A DNA stretch of 63,990 nt, filler included, from Dimargaris cristalligena (Eukaryota), in the NCBI GenBank assembly GCA_003614675.1. It is 3 parts of 3 records of this genome, joined end to end, with 100 filler letters (N's around TTAATTAATTAA, not from the genome) between each part and the next. Parts side by side here need not be neighbours in the genome. Positions count along the whole stretch, not along the records: positions 43,585 to 63,990 come from ML002699.1; 2 more parts are not named here. The stretch is one strand, 5' to 3'. The position numbers and the translations under genes were made by a program. Below, piece after piece: positions 47,669 to 58,788 of this stretch (its first letter is position 1; every line of letters begins with the position of its first letter). The notes under the pieces were generated by a model. That model ran no database searches and was not told the origin of the DNA. It saw only the letters and a program-made list of their open reading frames with translations.

Positions 47669-49015
47669 ATGCCCCGTCAGCCGATGGATGCATCGACTGC
47701 TAAACACCTACTACAGGAAAGTAGTGACCTGGCCACTCCCAGTCGCTATCTGGCGGAAGGCAACGACTTTTCCCTCACTCCCCACCTCGGCGACTTGTCT
47801 GAGCTCAATCCGTTTGAAGCCAGCTTCCACCGGGTTTCAAGTGCCCAAACCACCAATTCCGTCAAAGCCGAGCTCTCTACCCACTTCAACCCCCTCCATG
47901 TCAACTTGGGCCCTCTAGCCGGCGGGGCGTCCTCCCAGATCGCCCAAGCCACTACCACCCTGACCGCCAGGGTGGAGGAAGCCAGTCACGCCAACGTGTC
48001 CCCACGGAAACGGCCCCGCAGCAGCTCCTCCCGGACCTCACCACCCCCCACCGCCACCGCCCGCAAACGTACTCAAAGCAACAGCAGTGCCAGCAGCAGT
48101 CGTAGCAACCCCCCTCCTAAAACTCCTGCTAAACGGACCAACCGAGGTCGCGTCAAGCCCAAACCAGTAGACACGTCGACCCCACCTTCCACGCCTGAAT
48201 CGGACCACCACCAGCATAACTCCTCCTCCCACCAGCATCGATCCCTGGCCTCGGGTTCGGATGAAGAGGACGATGATGACGACGACGATGCCGATGATAA
48301 TGGCGATGGCGGGGAACATGATGATAAATCTAGTCGATCTCGTCATCGCCAGCGCGGGGGGTCCGGTAGTCAACCAAAAGCCAACGCTGCCGCCGCCACC
48401 GGTCGGGGCAAATCCGCTAGCCACGACGTCCACGATGAGGACGACAACGATACCGGCACCGTGGAGGAGAAGCGTAAACGATTCCTGGAACGCAACCGGA
48501 TTGCGGCATCCAAGTGTCGACAGAAAAAAAAGCAGTGGATCGAGGAACTTAAAACCCAGTCCGAAGTGGCCGTCCAGCGGAATAAGCAGCTCACTTACAT
48601 GATCGGCCAGCTCCGGGACGAAGTGCTAACCCTGAAGAACCAACTCCTCGCCCACCGCGACTGTGGTTGTACTACTATTCATAATTACCTAAAGGCCAGC
48701 GGCAACCCCACTGCCACTGTCAGTTCTACCGCGACAGGGTGCAACCATGGCCTCGGGGGCGTCAGTCTGGCTACGGCCAATGCTAATCTGACTTTTACCG
48801 GGCTACCCGCCTCATCCAACGCCCACGCCCCAGCCCCCCCTTCGATGACAATGGGGTCGGGACCTGATGCCACCATGCTGACCGATCCATCCTCGATCAT
48901 TTCCAACTCCCTTATGGCTTCCGAAGCACCCGGGTTTCTTCCAGGATTTACTAATCTCGATCCCAACCCGCATCACCACCACCACCACCACCATCAACAC
49001 CCGTCGGCCATGTGA
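47669..49015 (+). CDS. ATF/CREB-family bZIP transcription factor (Atf1/AtfA/ATF2-like), 448 aa, single exon
   Basis: bZIP EEKRKRFLERNRIAASKCRQKKKQWIEEL...L......LRDEVLTLKNQLLAHRDC; N-terminal NPFEASF motif. First in-frame ATG is 47669; the ORF track starts earlier at a TTG. Confidence 0.93.
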   Translation: MPRQPMDASTAKHLLQESSDLATPSRYLAEGNDFSLTPHLGDLSELNPFEASFHRVSSAQTTNSVKAELSTHFNPLHVNLGPLAGGASSQIAQATTTLTARVEEASHANVSPRKRPRSSSSRTSPPPTATARKRTQSNSSASSSRSNPPPKTPAKRTNRGRVKPKPVDTSTPPSTPESDHHQHNSSSHQHRSLASGSDEEDDDDDDDADDNGDGGEHDDKSSRSRHRQRGGSGSQPKANAAAATGRGKSASHDVHDEDDNDTGTVEEKRKRFLERNRIAASKCRQKKKQWIEELKTQSEVAVQRNKQLTYMIGQLRDEVLTLKNQLLAHRDCGCTTIHNYLKASGNPTATVSSTATGCNHGLGGVSLATANANLTFTGLPASSNAHAPAPPSMTMGSGPDATMLTDPSSIISNSLMASEAPGFLPGFTNLDPNPHHHHHHHHQHPSAM

Positions 49016-52000
49016 TATCAGCCCGGGTTCCTTTTCCCGGCCCCTGGAATGCGCCCCGGCCGTTAATCGATTTATTTATTTATATATAGATATATTGCTA
49101 GATTGGAACACCTGGTCATTTTCCTGATTTAACCCGACTGTAATCACTTTATTGCAATGTGGGTAACTGGTAGCGAGTAGGCGGACGCGTGTCCTCCGCT
49201 TGCTTCATACACCTACCATGTATTCGGATCACCGGCCGCCTGGGCCACTTTTGGCGGGCTTTTGCTTAGCTAGCAACCATTGATGTAAACCACAGCCATC
49301 CGTATATTGTAACCATACGGTTTGGCTGCCTCTAATTTTGTTATTTGTGAGGAGCGTCGCTTGATGGTAGAGCGCTTATAGCCTACACTATTTAAGTGGC
49401 AGTTATTAGATAGAATTAGACTTGGGAATGTGTCTAATTCGGTAGATATCGCCCTGTATACGGGGGATGCGTACACCCCCCTCCCTTCTTCCCATTCCTT
49501 ACCCCTCTCGCTTTTCTTTGACCTTCGCCCGCACCATTTTCCCTATTTTATTTTATTAACCTTATATAATTTTTTTAATCGGAACTGGATTCCTCTCCCA
49601 CCTCTCCTCCCATCACCCAATCTCATTTTCCCAGTTGCTCACCCGCGCTCCCCTCAGCTATCCATTTAAGAAGGAGGGTATTTTGTACTGTAGATATAAG
49701 CAACGTATTACATCATTATTAACCACCGCTAATAAATGTATTGGCCCCAATAGACCACGCGTATCTCTGTATGTTCTGATATCCGGAACAAACTCTGTAG
49801 GTTGGCGGGCCGTAGGACTACAAATGGACGAGGGGGGCGGGGTGTTGCTAAGCGCAGACGTAATCGAGGGTGCATGTTATTTTTACCCACTGAGATCTCA
49901 GAGATGGGCTGTAGCGTTCCCAAGGATTTATTTAGTCACGCTGTGCGAGTCCCTTCCTTCTATTCTGTTCCAACCGCCCCTCCCCGGTAATGCAGTCCAA
50001 ATGTCCGTTCGCGTGGGAACTGCGCCCCGCGGGCCAGCCTCCGTCGCACCGAACAGGACGAGCCGGTGAACCATGGTCGGTTCCATTATAAACAACCCAC
50101 CTTCTTTGGGGTTACCGCAATTTTTAAAATGAGGCAGGGGATCTTTGGAGGGATGGGAGGATAGGTTCGTTTCGTTGTTAGTTCCTATTTATGGGGGGGG
50201 GTACTGAGCAACAGAAGTCGTGCCGCGCCGCCCACCCCACTCCGAACTGAACCCCCATATGCCCTTCATCTCTCTCTCGTCTTTATCTTTCATCTAGCCA
50301 GACTGCCGTTGCCATTGTCACTGGAATTGTTTCCTACCCCGTTGGCTGATCTAAGCAAAGGAAAGGGAAATGCCAAAATTGTAATTGGTTTCAGGATGGG
50401 ATATATCGTCTAGAGGACGCGGATATCATTCAAGGGCTAAAAAATAAACAAGGCCTCGCTATATCGGCACATGTCGATTTCCAGCAAGATAGATGGGCTA
50501 TACCAACCCCCTAACACCCGTATTCTCAGACACTTCTCGGTGTAGCTGACTACAGCATGACTGCCCCATTCAGGTGCCTCCACTCTGCCAGGAAAGGGGT
50601 GGGTATGATGTAGGTTTCTACTATGTGGTCGGATTTGTATTTGCAACCAGACCCGAACGAGTGGAACGGGTAATTCCATACCGTCAGAATGCGAATTCCG
50701 TGGTCTGGTGATGATCTCATCCACTATCCAAGGTGTATTTTATGTGTATATTGGTTTGGTTTAGGGCTAGGGTGACTTTATTGTCCAATGAATCTAAATA
50801 GTACTATTGAAGAAATAGTAGCAGCGGCGATCGAGGGAGGGGAAGGGTATCGCCGCTGACCCATTATTTTCCGAAGAACACAACAGAATTGTAACTACCA
50901 AACGGTTGTCTTGGCCCAGTATAGACCGGCTAGATGGAAGGATTACAACGGAAGAATTGTGTAAGTGGCAGGGAAGGGGAGAAAGAGAAGCACATGCCAA
51001 TTTTCTATTTTCCACTATGGCCTGCACTAAGTAAGTGATCTGGAACATGGAATTGGTTTTAGACCTTAGCGACATCTTATGCCAATCCCTGAAAAATGTT
51101 TCTGACTAATAAACCCCGTAAACATGGTCTTTATTTCTCGTTATTGCCACATGGCCATATATTAGGCATGCACACACATGTATACTCCAGGGAAATATGG
51201 GAAATGCAATAGAATGGAATCGGGTTAAATGTAGACGGGGGATAATCAATATAGCTGCAGCATACACGCCTCTGTCACTCTCCCCACTCATTTGTACACA
51301 AATGGACAACCATTTGTTAGCCTAGGGGTAGCAGCAATGGGGCTTATGGCGGCGGCATCTATTCGCCTTGGCCCAAACCCTTTCTACGGCCCATTCGGTC
51401 TTTCTAATTCTCGTCACCCTAGTTCTCACGCCGTCGAAGCAGCCAGCCAGGCCGGTTGTTCCCCGCATTCGCACATTTCTTCAACTGTCGACGCGTATCT
51501 CAAGGGAAGCGGGTGGTGGTTGTTTAACCGCCTAATTCTACTCGCATCCCTGCTGGGTGGGGGGATATTGGATAAACTCTGGGGGATTGGGCACTATTAC
51601 GAAGCCCCGCCGCCCTCAATGGTGCAATTGGAAGGCTGCCCCGAAATTAGTAAAGTAAACTATAATGGAATGGACCGGAATGGGGGATAAAAGGAATGCG
51701 CCATTTTAGCCAAATATTGGGATACCCCCCTCCTCCTACACCATACAACAGATCCACCAGAAAGTGGCGAAAAGTCCTGACTAGTTACGTACATTGGGGT
51801 CATAATAAAGGTGGTTTATTGGGTTTGGGGGTTAAATAAACCAAGAGTCCGTGCGAGTGGAGAGACCCAGGGGAGATTGTATATCCGTAACCGGCTGGAA
51901 CCATGCCAATTCGTCGCAGCTAGCCAACAACTCTCTTCTCCTCCCCAACAATTGGGATCGCTCTCTTCGCTGCTTCCCAACGAAGCCTTCCAATAGCCCC

Positions 52001-55000
52001 GCTTTACCTTAGACTAAAAGGGGATCGCCCCTATACTACTACCCTTGGCCCTTTTATCCGCAGGGATGGGGGGGGGGGTTGACCTAAAATCCATATCCAG
52101 GTGCTGGGGTGTTTCAGTGGTGAATAGGTTCTAAAGGGATTAGCAACAACTCCAGCTTGACTGATGGCAAATCCAAGGAGCGAGGGGTGGGAGGCGTTTA
52201 TCTTGGCTAGTTCATTACTCCATTCGGGTTTAGCCCCCTTTGCCGTGGGTGAAAATGAATGGTAAATCCAGACAGGGAGGGAATCCAATATATAATTTCT
52301 CTCTCCCCCCCATACATTGGTCCTTTTAGACTACAAGTCCCTCTCCTATTCCTTGGGCTTCCCCACCTAGCTATATAAAAGGATTTCCCTGAATAGATTG
52401 TAGCCATCGCCTATTCGTGATTGAATAGCCTTATTTATTTATATACAAGGGAAAAGGAGAGCGGGGTATGGAATTTTAGCGATAGGCCAACTGTTCAACA
52501 ATCACAGTCGCCGTATATGGTTTGTAATGATGAGGTGAACTGGATAGCATGAATTATCAACTAACAAGAATGGGCGGCGGAAGCCCCTCCCCCCACATCC
52601 ATGTGAGAGAATATAGCACAGCAGTTTGCCTTCACTTTATCACCGCCACGAAATAAGTATTTGGTGAAAATCCCTTGCGCCCCCCCCCCTTCTTATACAA
52701 CGCCGCTGATACACTCTATCCTCAAAACCCGGGTGAGGTTTCGGGCGCTGTTATTCAATGCCATCGTTTTTACGTGTCCGTTCAATTCAAAAGTTAACCG
52801 GGTAAAAGGAATAAATACAGAGGGGGATTGTCGACCAGGTAAAAAAAATGAGCGATAGCAATAATAAGGCTGACTCATTCACAATCTAGAACCTCCTGAA
52901 GGTAATGTAAAATATGTCTAGATTATTGGGTCAATCTTATTGATACCATGCCAACAGGCTATAGGTGATTCCGGTAAGCGGGAAGATGGTGTGTACCCAA
53001 AAGGCAAAAACGTCGATATGCCCACGTATTCAACTGTGGAAAATATGGGTTAAAGGGTTCAACGGATTTTGGGGTCAATTTGGAAATAGTGGTCGTGGTG
53101 ATGTTAGTAAGACGGCACAATGCCCCATTTCTCACTACCTCGTCTGAATTCGGTTTTCCGCGCTATGTCTAACGGAGGGTGAGAAATATAGTACAGTGGG
53201 CGTGTCCAGCCATTTTATTATTCATCCCCTTGGCCATATAAAACTAAATATAGTACTATTACTGCTGGCTATAACTAACTGCTAGTATAGAACGGGCACC
53301 GGAAGGAGGATTCCTTTATTGTTCTCCGGAAATCCAATCGGGCTAGCCATGGCTCCCCAAAAATTTGATTGGCCATTGGAAAAGGCAACATCTTCAGAAC
53401 CCCCCACCCTCATTTTAATCTGGTATTTGGCAGCCATATAGTTGTAGATAAATGGGAGGGAGGGGTCTCCCCATGACAAGAAGGCCACCTGTGGGGACTA
53501 GGCCAGCTGGATTGGTTGGGTTACTTACCCCTTGGCGTAGGCAAATGACCGTTACTGAAGAACACGGGAAATTGGAATGCGTAGTGCTGACCAAAGCGAT
53601 AAACGAGAAACTGATTGGCAGTAACCATCACGGGCTGCTTGGTTTACCTATGACAAGAAACAACTTCAAAGGTAATAGAATAAAACAGCCGAACACGACC
53701 ACAACTAAAAACCCATTCTTGAGTGGTCTACAATCCCGAAATAAAATATTTTTAACTTGCCGGTAACCAATGATCACCAATAATCTGCCCGACAGGTCTC
53801 GGCGGGGGCATTGTTTCTAAGTAGTCTCTTCTGTTTCCCCATAAGATACGTACGGCACATACACGTGTATATTACTAGTTCGGTTTAGCCCCCATTCGAA
53901 TCACTGAACCGGTATATAATAGCTTCAGCCCAATGTGCGCCCATACGCCGGCGCCCGGATTGTGAAATAAACTGCGAATTACATTATAGCCGAGGTCATT
54001 ATTTATTGTCTCTACACATTGTGGGTTGCGTGGCTATCGACAAAAATAGATGGCAATAGATGACCGCCAGTGGGGCTGGTGGTAGTGGTTTCGGCGGTAT
54101 TGCCATTTTTTAGTTATCCGGAGGCGGGGGCTGCTGATCGCGGCAAGTATTAGTGTGCTTAAGTGGGTTTTTCGGCCAAGGCTAAACCGAATTCCCCCAA
54201 TGCTTAAGGAAAAGAGTGTGGTGGTGGTGCTGGTTAGGCGGGGAATATGGTTTTACCTGATGGGTGAATAAAACAGCCACTATGTGGTTTCAATCTCTTT
54301 TTCGTCTCTAGCCGAGCAAAAACAATCCACTAACAACCCCCAAAAATGGTAGAATCGTAGCAGGAATAAAAGAGCGGAGAAGTGGGAGGAAGGGTATATC
54401 GGATAATGGGAGGACATGTCGGAAAGATGGTCCCGTTTTTCGCAGGGTGATTTTCTTTTCGCGACCCGGCCATTTTAGCCGCTTGATAACTGCCGGTAAG
54501 GCTTAGCTGAAATAAGCCGATGAGAAATGTAAGTAGGCCTTAGAAAAAGGATGCCTATAGCATTCCTATCGGCTCAACAACGTGCACCGGTTTAGTATTT
54601 TCCCCGTTTACCTAATGATTCCAAAACCAGGCATTAGTTACATAGCTTAGTCTACTGTTGGCGGGTGGTACTTACTGTATTTGGGGAGGGGGGGAGACTT
54701 GCCGTTATAGTAGGGATACCAAATTGCTGATGAATAGGGACGGCACTGGTTGGTATTGCTGCTGGTCTTGAGAGGTCCATGCCGAACACGCCAGTAATAG
54801 TCAGGCTATAGTGTAGCCGTCTATTAGCTGCAACCACTCGCCGTTGAAACCTATACCCCTTTTGCTCACATTCTAATTCATCCGTCCCTGCATGGCCATC
54901 ACAGGACCCACAGCCTGATCTTTGCTCATACTGGCCGACCTGTGTAGCCCGGGCGGAAAGGGGGAGGAGATTATAGTCGTTTGTGTATTCTTCTTATACG

Positions 55001-58000
55001 GTTGGATACGAAAATAAAGAACGTCACCACAAGTTTCTTGTACACAAGAGTAAGTGGGGAGAGGGGGCAAAGACGGGGCTTATTATTATTATTATACTGT
55101 ACTACCTTTAATCTATCGAATTGGCCTGCGTCTATTGCCCATGCAATCACATTTGCCTCTTATTATGTTTAGAACCACTGGGGCGGCTTGCCTTCACTCC
55201 CCCCCTTTTCCCCCACTAGCCAAACAACAATACAATGCCCGTTTGAGCAGACGGCGGCCTCCTCCCCTTAACCCCTCCAAAGTATACGTTGTGACCTATC
55301 CAAACCATCAATTAATGGACATCCCCCCCCCCACACACACACACACATAAAAAACATGCACACACACCATCCTATGGCCCTCGTGGGATCTTATCATATC
55401 CTGTACACCATGAATCTGAGGCCCTACGGATGCTATTTAAGCCCCGATATTTCCTGCTGCCCCAGCATCCCCTTATCAACATCAGTTTCACAAAATCGCT
55501 ACTGCTCAGGCTGAGTCGCGTATTATATTCTTATTCAATTGGCATATGCTCATTTCGGTTTACGCCAATCCATTATCATATTGGTTTAGTAACCCGATCC
55601 AACATTTCACTCGCCCAGCTGCATTTCTTCGATCTCTGTTGTTTAGCCATTTATCTACCTTTTTTTCGCCTTATCCTTCGTTGCACTGCGGCCCAGCACT
55701 CAGTGCTCTGCCACGCGTTATCCACGACCCACAACTGTATCGCATATCGCTTTTGATTGCTACGCCATATTACCATTGTCCCCGCTTCGCCATCGAATCG
55801 AATCGCCCACACACTACCCTTAAAAACGAGCAACACCCCTCCATCGACCGATTATCATAAAGGTAAGGATCACCATATATATATATATATTCATTTACAT
55901 ACCCCATATGGGCCATTTTCCTTTTTCGTCGCACACTGGTTAGTATTTTTTTTTTACATTTGGCGATTACCCTTTTCCAATGCTGCTTCGCCTAACCAAC
56001 CCCTCCAGTATGGACAGTAAAAAGGCATTCCCTGCGGTTAGGATAGCGAGAATCCGCCGTGCCTATTCCCAAGTGTGGATGGAGGGAGAGGCACGGGCGA
56101 ATAATAGGGAGGGAGGTGCATGCAGATAGGGCCCCCCCAGGCCGTTGGGGGGGGGGCGCCCGTTGCGGTGTGGGAGAGGAAGTAAGGTAACCGAATCGGC
56201 GGAACACCTTCCTTGATATTTACTAAATGGGGGGAGGAGGGATGGGGGGGGATTAGCTGGGCTTGCACTATATTGTCTACGTATCCACTATTCCGGGTCT
56301 TTTCGACGATGGGGCACCCAGTGGCGCTGATGGCGGTGACGGGAGAGTGGAAACGAGAGCCGAAAAGGGCAAGGGGTGGAGGTGGAGGTGTTGTGTGGTT
56401 CCTGTCTCCAATAACCTCTTTAACCAAAAGGGTTATACTAGTGGGCCGGGGCCCCCTTTTCATCTTCATCGTCGTTGCCATGGCCGTCGCCGTCGTCCAT
56501 CCACTCCGAGCTAGTGCCCTCCATTCGCGCGATAATCTTCTATATTCCCGCGCACCCTTTTCCCTTAAGCGAACGACCGGGGTACGAAGCAAGGACGGAG
56601 TAGGCAGCTCGGAAGGTTCTTTAGCCCGCGAAGGGGAGAGAAAAGGGCCTTTTCTTCACTACCCCACACCTATCCAGCCTGCCCGCCTTCACCTGTATAT
56701 ATCAGCCAGTAATCCGGCTAGACGGCAACAAGTGCGCTGAAGGGGGGGGGATCTGCCCCGGTCTTTTCCCACTCATGTGTTCCCCTGATAGGTCAGCTCC
56801 CGGCGGTTGTATCTATTCGGTTGTCACGGTTCTTTAAGAGCCTCCAGAACCATCCCTTGCCCCCCTCTCTCTAGCCACTCTCTCTCTCTCTCACCTATCC
56901 AGCCCGCCCCCCTCTGCGGGCTGGTTGGATTATTTATTATCCTGGCACCATTATTCTCCCTAAACATGTGCCGCCGACCAGGTCTGCCCATCTTCTTCTT
57001 CTACGCCTATATATACTACACACAGATAGATCATGGGTGTGGGTTTCCCTTGTTTCATCTGGGGTCTTTATTCGCCCCACAGATTCCTTTGCTTATTTTC
57101 TAGAGGCCAGCTGCCCCGGCAATGGGTGGTATGATAGGTGGATAGGGAAATGGTGGCACGTATGAGATTTTCGCATCAGAAACAAGCCAGTTGGCTGTGC
57201 TTTAGTCTTGTCTCTTACCTCTTTACCTACAGGGTTTTTTTATGGTGGGTGGGGGTGCCCTGAACACCCCGGACTTTGGTCTCCGCCAACCGAATCCATC
57301 CATACTATAATACTCCCTCTCCTCCTTCTCCTTACCTGAATATCCATCGCGTACCCTATCGATATATATATAATATACCCATTGCTAACCCATTCCTGCT
57401 TATATAACAATTTCCTTCTATTTCCCTTGTTCGGCCTGGGCATACGATACTGTACTTGTGACTAGCCTGCTCACACTGCCCTTCAGCCTTAATAGGTCAA
57501 CACCCCTTACTTCGCTCACTCCTTGTTCATTGTCATCGGTGGAATTCACTATTCCCGACTATTACCGCATCCCCACCTTCACTACCCTCCCCCCCACATC
57601 CCGCTGTTGCCTGACCCGCGGCAACGTTTATTCATCGCCCTTTAAGTCAAGCCATCAATACTGACCGGGGCGCCTTTATTGCGGGCCATTACTGTTTTTA
57701 TTTCGAGGTCATTCATTGTCGGACCGTCTGTCCCCAACTACTCCCTTCCTCCCTCCACAGCACTCCACTCTTGCCCGTTTCCTTTCCTTCGGTGGCACTG
57801 GCACTCCTTCACAGCAGACACCACTGCATACTCGCCTTTTTATCCCCATAGTAGCCTGGCTCTTCCGTGTTATTCCTATTTGCACCCCCCGTCTTTCTAT
57901 TGTGGTGGATTCACCAGAACGCAGTCGCTCTCGTCATTTGGTAGGGTTCGGAAACGCCAAACCGGAATATCTAGGTTGGACCATCACCGCCAACATACCA

Positions 58001-58788
58001 ATTGTCCTTGCTCGTTTAGTAATACAGGTCTTTTCTGGTTTTCTCTCCGGCTGTTCGTTCGCATTGCCCGCCCTCGCCCTATTTTTTTGAACCATTCCCG
58101 CCCTGAAAATTTCCCTTTCGCTGCCAAATTGCCTCTCCCTATTGCTTTATTTTTCTACTACATATATATATAGTCAGGGATAATTTTAACTCCTGTGTCG
58201 TATTTTTCCAATCTTTCGATTGCTTTCCTGCCTGCGTCCCAGATTTCCTCTACCCCTTAAAACTTCCCCCCCTACTGTCGATTACAAGACTGTATAGTGG
58301 GTAGTGCAGGGGTTCTTTGTATAGCCCTTAGTATCGCTACATCGACCGCCTCACTTATCGGTGGCATTCGCATTTCCCATCCACTCCCTCTTCCCCCTTT
58401 TTTTAATTTTATTTTTACCAGCACCTATATATCTGCACATCAATTACCATATTTATATAAGACGAGCCCTGCGAGTTTTGTTTTAGCTCCATTGACCTGA
58501 AACTTCATTTTTTACTGCACATCCAATTCGTTATTTGTGGACTATTTAAATAGTCGTCGTGCCCGACCGTATTTCCCTGAACCATATCCAACTTTGCCTT
58601 CCTTACATTTCCCTTCATTGGTTATTTGGGACCACTTGAATTTCTTTCTTTCCCTTATTTACCCCTCTCCCACCACCGAACTTCCCCTCCACTCTCGTTA
58701 GTTTACCGAGGTACATCGTGTAGTTCGTTGGCCTCACCCGACCTCATTAATCCAATTCGATACCCCCCTATTCATACACATCAGCACC

